Shown: positions 15,001 through 21,489, counted from the whole stretch's first letter. The stretch is 54,350 nucleotides of DNA, filler included, from a bacterium (GCA_024278215.1; 2 parts of 2 records of this genome joined end to end with filler, not necessarily neighbours in it); one strand, 5' to 3'. Made by a program: numbers and translations. Notes: generated by a model from the letters alone, not told the origin.

Positions 15001-15700
15001 CGGCAAGGACATTACAATTACCTTCCCGCTCAGGGCCTACGACGCCGACCGCTACAATGTCACCGTCGAGGACCTCACAACCGGCGCGCAACTCGATATC
15101 GCGTCGCCGTATACATTCAGAAGCGACGGCAACACCAGGGAATTCAAAGTTTCCGTCGACGCGAAAGATGTCGGCGAGGAAACCCTCACACACACCATAA
15201 AGAAGGGCTGGAATCTCGTGACGATACCGCTCGACCCGCGAACCACCGACGCTCGCATGCACCTTGCGGACGACTTCCAGGATACGCTCAACATGTACCA
15301 GTTCTATGAAAACGAGTTCTACGACCCGGACAGCAACCAGAAAGTAGACATACAGGCCGGAGTCGGCTACTGGCTCTATTCCGACGAAGAAAAGACGATA
15401 GACATCTCCGGCAAGGCGATCCCGAACGCGCTTCCGCTGGAACTCCCGCTCTCGAAAGGCTGGAATATTATCGGCGATCCTTATAGAATCGATATTCCGT
15501 GGGGGGATAATATCGGCATTGAATTCGCCGGTACCAGATACACTCTCGAAGAGGCCGACAACCTGGGTATTGTGGATTCCCGGCTTTACGTATATGATAA
15601 CGGTGCATATTCAGTAAATGAAACAGGTACCATGAAAGCTTGGAATGGTTACCTGATTAAAGTCAGAGACAAATGTACGATTATTTTCAGCAGTCAGTAA
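11..15700 (+). CDS. Giant repetitive extracellular/surface protein (adhesin or S-layer-like), 5'-truncated by the window edge
   Basis: The frame is open from position 2, so the true start lies upstream. D/T/S/G-rich, with three tandem repeat families (4-Cys ~103 aa; DxDxDG-containing ~120 aa; DNQxGDD ~112 aa), Ig/FN3-like spacers, and C-terminal GWN(Q/L/I)xxxP motifs. Confidence 0.9.
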   Translation: MLAVDGASNTSTIATASYDIDYTIPTINVATPASGTWQSAQFEVDTTEADTGGALLSECRYRVESNSVETLAWQVYTCGEYATVTVGATGYCQNEGSGMCEVAVLAVDGASNTSTIATASYNIDYTIPTTSIASPASGTWQSAQFEVDTTEADTGGALLSECRYRVESNSVETLSWQTYTCGEYATVTVGATGYCQNEGAGMCEVAVLAVDGASNTSLIASATYSIDYSSPTVTLNSPATGTWEYTDFDIDVDETDSGGSALLSCEYHVESNTVETVAWTSYGCGATPTVTVGGSGNCDFEGTNRCLVELRATDNAGNVQTSASATYSIDFSSPTVAINTPASGTYKNDDFVVDVTNDDGGGSPLTTCEYMVEANSSETVSWSAYTCTSDPTITVGTASDCDVMGDNKCAVYFRNTDTAGNVSDMASRTFSIDYASPTIGIATPVASSYQNEEFTVDVTNADTGGALLSTCEYKIEANASETVAWTGYGCGVDPSVTVGAGVNCDVEGADMCVIYLRSTDNAGNIADTASRAFSIDYSSPTTTINSPASGTWEIAQFEVDVTNSDTGTSSLSSCEYSVESNGVETRATETYTCTANATVTVGAGLDCRDEGINTCRILFKNTDGAGNIDLSATRTFSIDYSSPTVTINSPTIGDWIGAAGFTVDIINADTGGSGLSTCDYRVVSGATETVAWTGYTCTSNTDISVGVSNNCDFEGTNACEVYFRGTDTAGNVAATSSRQFSVDFSSPTVTIDGPAASSPVGSSGITVLVTNTDTGGSNLATCEYRVESNSVETRAWTAYTCTSDPTLTSGGGNDCDFEGTDKCEIFLRATDDSGNVATTQSRTFSVDFSEPTITARETVDMDGDGYLDAIHVIFSENIDDSHIVASEFDVESVTGEAFATNTLGDTEDDADIYITFTQGTTWNTGDLPTLEYTGPNATDLASNTVTVDGAPVACTDTAGPVVWSAATFDDDGDGTIDHIKVTLSESASDTTFVAGNWSVSDTASVDGLSTGGAITSETDTADDDIIYIAITASATLDTDLIDEVYDTTVSGGALTDMSGNTISDCDSACVTETDGAAPVVKSTIAEDTDINGYLDTVTLTYSEAVAGTGIIADWTLTDASGSIDLLSGLTDASATVSSDTITFTLADNTGTTGAPSYAYSGTDIHDTSSNDMAATGTTPVTDGAKPVITAATVLDDTRDGTMDLVKVAFSESVDDSTFATTGWTVSSATVNGMKTAGFTNETDTADDNTIYLDITAATTDDTDLVTEEYQTQVSGGVLADAAGNTVADCATNGCVVEQDGASPVVIAVSAMDDNADGTIDTMKVTLTEAITDADFDAARWTVADTTTIDGLRSPVQSETDTADDDTIYIAVSGATPDDTALDTETYDTTATNGQLHDAANNYMVDLAGGDITETDGAGPAIIGTDASAGSSTVMVYFSENVYNATGSPASPGGDLDAADITYTDNVQGTRTIVSFNTTAGTATGTLILSGVVDFVDDLATDTIQVAAASIYDGNDNAAGSNASATLQDSSIPEIVKAYQFDTDGDGNIDEIALEFSEFIDDSTVSTTDAARFAFGATNCLTVDDTTDAAGASASNSIDPDIANDQYITLFTDDSSVAGTDKKEMIYTTSAGVFSDFGGNDVGTDAAITEVDRAAPAYLYSTMQDTDATPNGYVDRIVVVFSEDMTDPGNDSANWTLSNIPSGGTVSTIGRTATAEITIALTEGGGAADTAVGSLQISFDGTATSIHDADANAAASFGPVVPIDGAAPVVIAASTADSNIVDGYVDTVLITYSEAVRTTAGDGALDIADLASNTLTGETYASGSGTVTLTFTATNSMNVDAWDTDEVPATVTYATGTGSLDIVDVSDQANEAIAQAFAAVTDGAVPIIVAARTGEATGTENGFVDIIRLTYSEPVTIPAGARSEFAVADLASNNLTNESCAVGGCGSGTQYIEISVTNTENASAYDTEETPANIVYTQSAGIVQDMSAAANDAPTQTFSSVTDGAGPWLQAISLYDTTTSSSAYSNNLTIGVSFDTVTGSAVDMLFAQDSGFASNTAGWAAFSSPTTYTLTDAQGTRTVYLELRDSSGNIGAYVSNEIIIDTVMPAVTLGQPNGGETITGLPGYTYNITWAASDDNIEDAPISLYLDINDGATVTTTIATGQLDTGSYTWDPPENETDNAWIRIVATDKAGNETTDYSDSPFSLDSETPSVTLEDPAPTEEWKGGGSQDITWTVVDAHITGASPIAIYYSTDGFTSTNTITTGVGRGTPVGGDSYQGTYTWNPVDSITDNVEIRVVATDDSGLQGQSLDVAIVIDSTPPNTGSITIVDNSGWTNDTTPELQIATLDNTSEAMQSSDTMKLACTEAGLASATAVPYATSVTTFDITTGPGCADADGEIYVWVEFADVAGNIQTTHVSDSTNLERDATDIVTAVQGCNDTSCTSPISPPPAYAVVPDPYFEWTAPTSGAGIAPMEGYSVVLTLRTDPDPASCTVHVTTESKHFSQSEVAAVVQGTNGEATVWIKPIDKAGNCGQTASYDVNVDIFAPDSPTITVSNYEYLDASTTPDTYWVKGLNPFNMTVRYQEAASIDVIYTSFNQDAPDYMILSHDWNSASTIYDDNTVGAMFITSFSGVETEGSGDGAAIPTPSASDGFAYTWTLNPLETNATYYIRSRGTDQVGNDSGWSSDTLYINIDSTKPTFTLLEVKTDDGNTSISANDYDVFTNDTTPEFAGILTDAESGLNRVDYICDNGNDCGGNMPDTWTTGDTGSAVWSVTTPVISGHNDVHLRGFDNVYNYTTSGDGAVADADVFIDNMPPLSASASIVATSTVGTQIDLSWSIPLDQGDGTGAVDGATESYGEAQDWYRVGDVGVQIVRTDVITLATTTVLTWTTDTSFTDTGLSPDSVYRYDFITRDNNSETRGSWHNQTATYTFQVSTIPNAVFISSLDVSYDPPSAQGGNDEGHTIIVNNDPNGNVLPVNFEITMTSIDGVPDGTVTATTSIAVKFINLLENTTYCFTLVAVSDDGVRTTTSAEECEKTIDFADVTPPVFTGVQSVTDPLTGGTLVLAWDAATDDSAPITYKIFVSETSRSYDFNSPIAETTDLSATITELVPGTPLQNNNTYYFVMRAQDGSLAANITSSTNTPELSGVPTLDDIPPTITDNQAGDDNWYASDPGLIYDVDFTDTGGALLDNVQYTMWSGSAFSSSEVLTWTNIASGIDAATYTAEWGVDFSSAVDGRNYVSVRGYDNFANLSAPATDVFYVQKDTTPPSIADNQTGDDSWRNSDPGAIYDVDFTDGNYSLLDNAQYTVWSASGMSAGTGTEVIAWTDIAASIDSATYSTNWSVDFSSLGEGYNFVSVRAYDNVANASSVATDVFYIKRDTTPPTVTDNQADDDIWRNTDPGAIYDVDFADTGGSLLDSVQYTVWSGAGFSGSEQVAWTNIATGVSSGTYTTDWAVDFDAAAEGYNYVSVRAIDGVGNISAVATDTFSFKKDTTGPSVTDNQTGDDTWYDNASTPVFDVDFGDTLSQLDNIQYTIWSGAGMSGTEFITWTDIADNLDSAAYSTDWSIDMATLTDGVNYISVRAYDMIGNISDVSTDVFYVRMDTSPPTITDNQTGDDTWRNTDPGPIFDVDFSDYGSQLDNIQYSIWDGALLSGTEVIGWTDIASSINATEYNTDWAVDFASAVEGFNYVSIRAYDNLGNVTDVATDAFYIKKDTTPPVVTDNQSGDDTWYDADPGAVFDVDFTDAGGSQLENVQYTVWSASGMGSGTGTEVISWTDISAGIASDSYTVDWAVDFGSLNEGFNFVTVRAYDTVGNVSTVATDVFYIKKDTIGPAITDNQTGDDTWYNDASTPVFDVDFSDIDASLLSNVQYTAWSGADFSGSEVITWTDISTGINSATYTTDWSIDIPSVADGINYISVRAYDIAGNVSSVATDAFYVKKDSTPPSFTDNQTGDDTWRNTDPGAVFDIDFSDSGALLDKVQYTIRDASGLGGSEVVAWTDIAASIDSAAYTTDWAVDFDSCVEGLNYVSVRAYDQVGNLMPTATDVFYVKKDTTSPTVADNQTGDDTWYALSPGAVFDVDFSDGDFSLLDKVQYAVWSASGMGAGTGTEVITWTDIATGVGSASYTTQWGVDFAGLDDGYNYVSVRAYDTVGNVSEAATDVFYIKKDTTGPAITDNQAGDDTWYNASATPVFDVDFGDSDGSLLDNVQYSVWSASGMGGTEIIAWTNIASDINQSTYTTDWQVDMPGLQDGTNYVTVRAYDTVGNVSATATDVFYVKKDSTPPAVTDNQPGDDTWYAEDPGAVFDVDFSDTSGSLLDKLEYTIWSGAAMSGSEVITWTTIADNLNTETYTDNWAVNFASAAEDNNYVSVRAYDMVGNVSSVATDVFYVKKDTTKPQIVDNQAGDDTWYNASATPVFDVDFEDPDGADLDNVQYTVWSGTGMSGSEIITWTDIASGINSGTYTDDWQVDIAGLEDGFNYVSVRAFDSVGNRSATGTDVFYVKKDSTPPTITDNQDNDTTWHKSDPGAVYDVDFGDDGSLLNVARYTIWTEASMGGEQVIEWTAIAENIDAATYSDNWGVDFDNMAEGYNYVSVIAYDNVLNVSAVATDVFYILKDTLAPTAQIFSPTSGTSISDGSVIITGTADDEGDAISYSVEYSPDSGTSWKEIASGNEGVVSGTFTTWDTSELSGDYTIRLSVTDISGNLTQDSVTVNISNAVTISGTIPADKWAMISIPGNPVTTNPASFLGSTSYAIRKWDPAVTQDDPILAKYKTEFSIGSGDGFWVMPFDDSISYSLTVEVSDTTAFQTVHLENGWNQIGVPYNRAMLLGDVMVKNTSTGETLSMSAAADNNWIVGGTAYSYNGSGYDQVADTEKLSQSEGYFIKCGDVSLLPSGCDLLFDPGSERLGGIARVIRQPTFDFKLQVAAQGGGVEDTDNFIGVVSNGRLAYDGLDKPEPPTIEPYISLYFPQPDWGGMAGRYANDIRGFYTGVSTWKFAVDTDLDGKDITITFPLRAYDADRYNVTVEDLTTGAQLDIASPYTFRSDGNTREFKVSVDAKDVGEETLTHTIKKGWNLVTIPLDPRTTDARMHLADDFQDTLNMYQFYENEFYDPDSNQKVDIQAGVGYWLYSDEEKTIDISGKAIPNALPLELPLSKGWNIIGDPYRIDIPWGDNIGIEFAGTRYTLEEADNLGIVDSRLYVYDNGAYSVNETGTMKAWNGYLIKVRDKCTIIFSSQ
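71..2548 (+). repeat. Eight tandem ~103-aa repeats with 4 Cys each (309-312 bp period) in the giant ORF, plus a partial copy at the window start
   Basis: D-Y/F-x-x-P-T boundaries at 71, 380, 689, 998, 1307, 1616, 1925, 2237 and 2549. The first units are nearly identical at DNA level (cgaagtcgc.gtgctggcgg at 1, 310, 619). Confidence 0.9.
2560..6030 (+). repeat. About ten diverged ~115-135 aa repeats with Ca2+-binding-like DxDxDG motifs
   Basis: Recurring DMDGDGYLD, DDDGDGTID, DTDINGYLD, DDTRDGTMD, DDNADGTID, DTDGDGNID etc., each followed by (F/Y/L)(S/T)E and ending in DGAxP-like motifs. Confidence 0.75.
9460..13850 (+). repeat. Thirteen tandem ~112-aa repeats (DNQxGDDxW...DVDF...YVSVRAYD...TDVFY) in the giant ORF
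   Basis: Thirteen DNQ motifs counted in the translation at roughly 330-345 bp spacing. Confidence 0.9.
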
Positions 15701-15706
15701 CAGGTT

Positions 15707-18157
15707 ATGAAAAGGTCTATTGCAATGTCACGAAATGCGGGTGAAATAAAGCCGGCAGGCAAGCTATTCCTGTGGCTTGCGGTAATGCTTACCCTGTTCG
15801 TGTGCGTGTCTGTTCACGCGCCTGTTCTGGCAGTGGACATGTCCGGCACGCGGTCTTTCTCTAAAGATGGCGTAATAGTCTATCCCGGCCCCAACGCCGT
15901 TCTCAAATCACGCAGACCCGTAATAGGCGCGGACTACATAAACATCCCCGGCAAAGTGTGGTACGAACCGACACTGATCGTGGACGGCCAGGACGTCACT
16001 CAATATTGCGACATAAACAGGGGCTACATCTTCTATAAGCCTCCTGTTGCACTCCTGCAGGGCGAACACGATGTCGAGTTGTTGCTTTCGGCAAACGCGG
16101 AAACGCCGAAACCCTATGCGAAGTGGTCTTTCTCCGTAGGCTGGACGCCTCCCCTTCGATATGTCTATCCCCCGGCTCAGACCATCACTGACAACACCGC
16201 CCCCGCTATCGGTGTCAACTTCAACGAAATGCCGGAATCCGTCAATCCCGAAACTGTAAAATTGATCGTTGACGGCCGCGACGTTACCGGCAACAGTTTT
16301 GTATCCGAAGATTCCATTTTATATATTCCCGAAAAAGCGCTGTACGAAGGTGTGCACACAGCAGTTGTTTCCGCACACACGCCCACCGGCAAAAGACTCG
16401 ATTCCATCGTGTGGAAGTTCAAGGTCGAACCCCCCGCTCCCGAAGGAGTTGCGGCGCAGGGCGCTCCCCAAAAAACATCACCCGACGAACGTCACAAAAA
16501 ACGCGGCATAGACAGCGCCAGGCTCATGAGCGGCACAAAACGGCGCGACATGACCATTGCGAGAGCGACACAGTATGTCGAGCAGATGTCGGCACCCGCG
16601 GAAACACAGCCGCCCCCGGAAACACAACCTGCCGCAACCACCATCGTCGCCCTGAAACCCGAAGCAACCGTCCAGAAACCCACCGAAGAAGAAACTCTCG
16701 CTAAGGGCTTCCTCATGCCGACGATGGGCGAAGGCCCCGATTACGGTATCACGCAGGCTTACACAACAGAGCCCTACACGGAATTCGCCTACAACACTTC
16801 CTACGGCTTTGAAAAAGTTAAGGTCAACGGTGCTGAAGATAAAAGTTCACAGCGACCGCACGACGCCCTGATATACAAGGTAGGGCTTCGCACACAGACA
16901 TCCCTGCTCGGCGAGGACAACACATCGCGCATGTTTTCCACGACAATCACCATGAACGGCACAAGCGACGGCGACGATACGGAATCCTTAACCGACCTGA
17001 AAGTTTTCACCGCAAAGCTTAAAACCGATAATACCCTGACCCAGATGTATGACATCCACCCGAGATACACGCCCTATTCACTAAGCGGCTCGAGACTTCT
17101 CGGCGGCGAATACAAGGTCAACATGGGAAACGCGAACATGCACGTATTCGGCGGGAAATTCAAGAACAACCGCGGCGGCAACAGAATCGACCTCTACGGT
17201 GCGCGCTACGACAATGAAATGCCCGCGAAAGGCATAAAATACGGCATTCAATATGTAACCAACACGCTGACAAGGCTCAGGGGCGGCAACAAAGTTTTCA
17301 ACTCTATCGCCGGTTTCAACGCCGAAAAGAAACAAAAAAATGGAACGACAAAAGTCGAGTTCGCTCAGAGCCGCTATAGTGGGCTGGGCGACGACACCGC
17401 ATATAAAATAGAACACAATTACAGAAAAAAGAAACTCTATGTTTCCTCAAAATACGAGGACGTCGGCAGCTTTTTCAGGTCCGAAAGCGGATATGCGTCC
17501 AAAGGTCTTAAAGAGTTCAACACTTCGATGCAGTACAGATTCAACAAAAGGCTCACGACTGTTCTGGGATTCAAACGCCGGAAATTCGAGGAAGGCGGCA
17601 GCCGCACAAAATCTATTCCTCTCATCGTGAAATTCCTGCCTCTGGCAAACAAGCCTTCGACCACCCTCGAACTCAACTTCAAGAAAACGGACTATGAAAA
17701 GGGTAACGTCACAAAAGATACAATGACTTATAATTATAAGCTCAGGCATGATCTCGGCACAATCAGCACCTTCCTGTCTTATAAAGAAGAAAGCAAGGAG
17801 CGGCGCGGTGTGCCGGTCGACGAAGTCGAGCGCATCTCAAACATGCAGCTCAAGTGGCCGTTCGTCGAAAATATCGACGCTGTGTACAAGTTGTCAAAAG
17901 TCTACAACAACAAATACGGACCGGAAACAAAAAATATCTACGGCATCAAATATGAGCTTTCCGACTGGAGCGACTTCTCCATATCATACGAAACCGTAAA
18001 CAAGCTGCAACCGTCTCTCGACCGCGAATCGAGAAAACTCCGCTACTCGATGGTCAACCCCGAAACGAACTCGGAGATACTCGTCGAAATCAAGCAAAAC
18101 CTTTTCCTCGATTACACCGAAAACTATTCCCTGTTCAAATATTCCATATTCTATTGA
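15707..18157 (+). CDS. Putative outer-membrane protein: signal/TM segment, two Ig-like repeats, Pro-rich linker, predicted C-terminal beta-barrel
   Basis: Hydrophobic N-terminus; duplicated PxIG...LIVDGxDVT...YxP..L..GxH...WxFxV units; ~460-aa C-terminal region with alternating Y/F/K beta-strand pattern ending FKYSIFY. Starts 6 bp after the giant ORF stop. Confidence 0.65.
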   Translation: MKRSIAMSRNAGEIKPAGKLFLWLAVMLTLFVCVSVHAPVLAVDMSGTRSFSKDGVIVYPGPNAVLKSRRPVIGADYINIPGKVWYEPTLIVDGQDVTQYCDINRGYIFYKPPVALLQGEHDVELLLSANAETPKPYAKWSFSVGWTPPLRYVYPPAQTITDNTAPAIGVNFNEMPESVNPETVKLIVDGRDVTGNSFVSEDSILYIPEKALYEGVHTAVVSAHTPTGKRLDSIVWKFKVEPPAPEGVAAQGAPQKTSPDERHKKRGIDSARLMSGTKRRDMTIARATQYVEQMSAPAETQPPPETQPAATTIVALKPEATVQKPTEEETLAKGFLMPTMGEGPDYGITQAYTTEPYTEFAYNTSYGFEKVKVNGAEDKSSQRPHDALIYKVGLRTQTSLLGEDNTSRMFSTTITMNGTSDGDDTESLTDLKVFTAKLKTDNTLTQMYDIHPRYTPYSLSGSRLLGGEYKVNMGNANMHVFGGKFKNNRGGNRIDLYGARYDNEMPAKGIKYGIQYVTNTLTRLRGGNKVFNSIAGFNAEKKQKNGTTKVEFAQSRYSGLGDDTAYKIEHNYRKKKLYVSSKYEDVGSFFRSESGYASKGLKEFNTSMQYRFNKRLTTVLGFKRRKFEEGGSRTKSIPLIVKFLPLANKPSTTLELNFKKTDYEKGNVTKDTMTYNYKLRHDLGTISTFLSYKEESKERRGVPVDEVERISNMQLKWPFVENIDAVYKLSKVYNNKYGPETKNIYGIKYELSDWSDFSISYETVNKLQPSLDRESRKLRYSMVNPETNSEILVEIKQNLFLDYTENYSLFKYSIFY

Positions 18158-18211
18158 CCCGACATAAGTGCTGAAATTTGCCTGCACGCTTTTTTCCGGT
18201 ATTCTCACACG

Positions 18212-18245
18212 CACGAAAAAACCGGGCTCGCGCCCGGTTTCGTGG
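18212..18245. terminator. Probable bidirectional intrinsic terminator between convergent genes
   Basis: AAACCGGGC-TCGC-GCCCGGTTT hairpin flanked by an A-run and T-rich sequence. Confidence 0.7.
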
Positions 18246-18281
18246 TTTCGTTTCTTTCCTGTTATTATGTATAAATTTTGT

Positions 18282-18590
18282 TTACATAGACATTCTAAGT
18301 GTCTGCTGATAGGCTTCGACAAGCCGATTCCTGATCTCAAGTGTGAGATTCAACGCAAGCGCGGCTTTCTGCCCGGCGATCATGACTTCCGATACGTCGT
18401 CTATATCACCCATCGCAAGCTGGAAACTCTTCTTGTCGGCATTTTTAATGGTAGCATTAACATCCTCGACAGCGTTTTTTATGATTTCGCCGAAAGTGGC
18501 GCCTTCGTATTTGCCGGGTACGTTAAAAGCCTTAACTTTGACATCGTCGAAAATATTCGGCGGTACCGGTGGTGTCGGTCCTATTTTCAT
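18282..18590 (-). CDS. fliE: Flagellar hook-basal body protein FliE
   Basis: 102 aa with the typical C-terminus DVSEVMIAGQKAALALNLTLEIRNRLVEAYQQTLRM. Confidence 0.92.
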   Translation of the reverse strand: MKIGPTPPVPPNIFDDVKVKAFNVPGKYEGATFGEIIKNAVEDVNATIKNADKKSFQLAMGDIDDVSEVMIAGQKAALALNLTLEIRNRLVEAYQQTLRMSM

Positions 18591-18610
18591 GTTCTATACC
18601 CTTCCTTTTA

Positions 18611-19033
18611 TCATCTTGACGATATTGCCTTGTTGAGCCCCTTGAATGTGGCCGACATCCTTTCCATCACAGCGTCATAGAGCAACTGGTTCTTTGCCAG
18701 CTGCGCCATTTCCACATCGAGGTCCACATTGTTGTCGTCTGCGCGCGATAACGTGTCGTTCTGTCTCCATATTTCCGGCACTACATCGTGCAAATCCGTT
18801 TTGGGGTTGATAGGCATGTGCCTGGCATCAGTCCGCCAGCCGGGAATTCGCGTAGGATTCTTTTCAAGGGCCATTTTGAAGGCGTCCTCGAAACGAACTT
18901 CATTGCGCTTGTAGTGCGGGGTTTCCACATTGGCGAGGTTGTTCGCAATAACCTTCTGTCTTAATGTGGTAGTGTCGATCTGCTTACGCAATGCGATGTA
19001 CATCTTGCTGTCGTATAATTTATCCAGTAACAT
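18611..19033 (-). CDS. flgB: Flagellar basal-body rod protein FlgB
   Basis: RQKVIANNLANVETPHYK and DDNNVDLDVEMAQLAKNQLLY motifs. Confidence 0.95.
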   Translation of the reverse strand: MLLDKLYDSKMYIALRKQIDTTTLRQKVIANNLANVETPHYKRNEVRFEDAFKMALEKNPTRIPGWRTDARHMPINPKTDLHDVVPEIWRQNDTLSRADDNNVDLDVEMAQLAKNQLLYDAVMERMSATFKGLNKAISSR

Positions 19034-19198
19034 AGCATTCGCTCCCTGACTGGAATTCTATTATTATTTCGTCAAATTGGCAAGCCATTTAATAAAATAT
19101 CACAGAAAAGTTATTTAGTGACAACATTCTGTCGATTACAGCGTGATAATGGGGCCAATGGCAATACTGCTTAATTAACAACAACCGACTTGAATTTG

Positions 19199-19376
19199 GA
19201 GCCAATTGCAAAATTCTGATTCTGCTGCGGTCGGCTGCTATTGTCCATAGCTGCGTTGTCGGCGCAAAATCGTCCTCGACGTACTCTGCAAGTACGCCTG
19301 CGAGGATTTTTCACCTCCGCCTTGTTCTGAACAATTTCGCTCGACCTCGCTACGAACATAATTTTGCAATTGGCTC
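19199..19376 (+). mobile_element. 178-bp MITE-like palindromic element, copy 1
   Basis: 17-bp terminal inverted repeats GAGCCAATTGCAAAATT; flanked by an ATTTG direct repeat; near-identical copies at 30618 and 52454. Confidence 0.85.
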
Positions 19377-19377
19377 A

Positions 19378-19468
19378 TTTGGAGTGCGACAATTTATTGT
19401 CGCTTTCGCGGCCCGGGTGTTAATTCCCGGCGGAAAGGCAAGGTGGTGATGAATCACCGCACTCCAAA
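19378..19468. repeat. TGGA-type REP-like palindrome
   Basis: TTTGGAGTGCG...CGCACTCCAAA outer inverted repeat with internal hairpins GCGACAAT/ATTGTCGC and GGTGAT/ATCACC. Confidence 0.65.
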
Positions 19469-19517
19469 GCGCTTCATGCTCTCACGTATAAACGGTATTG
19501 GGCATAATGGGGTATTA

Positions 19518-20003
19518 TCAACCTTTGTTTTTCAGATATTGTAGTAATCCACCACTCTCGATGATCTCCATCGCGAACCCCGGCATCGGCTGAAAGCTTA
19601 TCGTTTTGCCGTTTGTAAGGTCGCGCACTTCACCCGCCATCGGGTCGATCTCGATCTCATCGCCGTCTTTTATTATCTCATCCGCGTTGGGCGCTTCTAT
19701 TACAAGGAAACCGCCGTTGATCGCGTTGCGCATGAATATCCGCGCGAAACTCGACGCGATTACCGCTTTAACACCCGCGCCCCGCAGCGCCCACACCGCA
19801 TGTTCTCGGCTTGATCCGCATCCGAAGTTGTGCCCCGCGACGACAAAATCGCCTTCTGTCACTTTCGCAGTGAAGTCCGTATCCAGGTCCTCGAGACAGT
19901 GTTTCCCCATTTCTCGCTCGTCGAACTTCACCATGTAACGGGCCGGGATAATCTCGTCTGTATTTATGTCGTTTCTCCGGTAAACGTGTGCTTTGCCTCT
20001 CAT
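19518..20003 (-). CDS. leuD: 3-isopropylmalate dehydratase (aconitase family) small subunit
   Basis: DINTDEIIPARY and NFGCGSSREHA motifs; short (161 aa) form. Confidence 0.88.
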   Translation of the reverse strand: MRGKAHVYRRNDINTDEIIPARYMVKFDEREMGKHCLEDLDTDFTAKVTEGDFVVAGHNFGCGSSREHAVWALRGAGVKAVIASSFARIFMRNAINGGFLVIEAPNADEIIKDGDEIEIDPMAGEVRDLTNGKTISFQPMPGFAMEIIESGGLLQYLKNKG

Positions 20004-20004
20004 T

Positions 20005-21270
20005 TCAGATCCTCCTCGGGTCGGTTATGAAACCCCTGACAGCCGATGCGGCGACAGTTGCGGGGCCGGCGAGATACACTTCGGATTTCGGGTGTCCCAT
20101 GCGGCCCGTGAAATTCCTGTTGGTTGTCGATATGCACTTTTCGCCTTCACCCAGTATGCCCATGTGGCCGCCGAGGCACGCCCCGCATGTCGTGCTCGAA
20201 ACGGCGCATTCGGCATCCGCGAATATCGCCAGCAATCCTTCGCTCATCGCCTGTTTCCACACCTCTGTCGAACCCGGCACCACCAGCATCCTCACGCCCG
20301 GCGCGATCTTTTTCCCTTTTAATATCGACGCCGCGATCCGCAGGTCTTCTATCCTTCCGTTGGTGCACGAGCCGAGATACGCCTGGTCGATCTCGACTTC
20401 TCCTTCGTCGATCTCGGTAACACTTCTGCCGTTGGACGGCAGATGCGGAAACGCAACCATAGGCTCGAGGCACGACACATCTATGGAAATCGTCCTGCTG
20501 TATTGAGCGTCCGCATCCGAGCGGACAACCTCGTAATCTTCGACGCCGCGCGCTTTTAAATATTCCTCCGTCACCGAATCCGGCTCGATTATTCCCGTTT
20601 TAGCGCCTGCTTCGATCGCCATATTCGTGATCGTCATGCGCGCGCTCATCGAAAGGCCTGGCAGGGTGTCGCCGGTTAGTTCGAGCACTTCGTAGAGTGC
20701 GCCGTCCACGCCGATCATCCTTATGAGTTCAAGCACAATATCCTTCGAGCACACACCTTCGGGAAGTTCACCCGAAAGTTCCACCCTGATCGAAGACGGC
20801 ACTTTGAACCACAGGCGGCCTGAATAAATCGCCGCCGCGAGGTCCGTGCTGCCCACTCCCGTGGCGAACGCGCCGAACGCGCCGTGTGTGCAAGTGTGCG
20901 AGTCCGCGCAGATTATCGTTTCGCCGGGTTTCACAAGTCCCTTTTCCGGCAGCATCACGTGGCACACGCCGTTGCGGCCCACATCATAAAACTTTTTTAT
21001 CCCGTGTTTTTTCACCCATTTGCGCAGCCGCAGGTTGAGTTGAGCCGAAGCAATGTCTTTGTTCGGCACGAAATGATCCGGTATCACCACAATGCGGTCC
21101 GGGTCCGAGACACTGTCCATTCCGTTTTTTTCGAGCATATCTATCGCAGGCGGAGTGGTTACATCATGGCACATGATCACGTCCAGTTTCGCGTCGACAA
21201 TCTCGCCCGGTTCCACGCTGTCCACACCGGCGTGGGCGGCCAGTATTTTTTCCGTTATCGTCATTCCCAT
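20005..21270 (-). CDS. leuC: 3-isopropylmalate dehydratase/homoaconitase large subunit
   Basis: [24 protein letters not shown] and [12 protein letters not shown] motifs. Start placed at ATG 21270 after a GGAG RBS. Exact substrate cannot be resolved from sequence. Confidence 0.88.
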   Translation of the reverse strand: MGMTITEKILAAHAGVDSVEPGEIVDAKLDVIMCHDVTTPPAIDMLEKNGMDSVSDPDRIVVIPDHFVPNKDIASAQLNLRLRKWVKKHGIKKFYDVGRNGVCHVMLPEKGLVKPGETIICADSHTCTHGAFGAFATGVGSTDLAAAIYSGRLWFKVPSSIRVELSGELPEGVCSKDIVLELIRMIGVDGALYEVLELTGDTLPGLSMSARMTITNMAIEAGAKTGIIEPDSVTEEYLKARGVEDYEVVRSDADAQYSRTISIDVSCLEPMVAFPHLPSNGRSVTEIDEGEVEIDQAYLGSCTNGRIEDLRIAASILKGKKIAPGVRMLVVPGSTEVWKQAMSEGLLAIFADAECAVSSTTCGACLGGHMGILGEGEKCISTTNRNFTGRMGHPKSEVYLAGPATVAASAVRGFITDPRRI

Positions 21271-21489
21271 TTCATTATTCTCCAATAAACAGGCTGGTAA
21301 TAAATATAGTGCCGAACCGGACCGTTGGCAATTTTACAGAAAATTATTATCGAGTCGGTTCAATGCAGCAGCATCCTGTGACCGCGAACATGCCCGAAAA
21401 TGAGAAATAACATCTATATTCAGAACCGATATTCTGATATACTGAAGTAGAGTTCGATACTTCACATAATGAAGCTTGAGGAGCAAGCG

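Noticed and set aside
19065..19092. Possible sigma28 promoter for flgB (TAAA-N14-GACGAAAT, minus strand)
   Set aside because: Spacing and the -10 match are too weak to support in AT-rich DNA.
19171..19359. Small ORFs overlapping the 178-bp element (also 30535-30753 and 52237-52521)
   Set aside because: They arise from the repeat itself and have different starts and stops in each copy.
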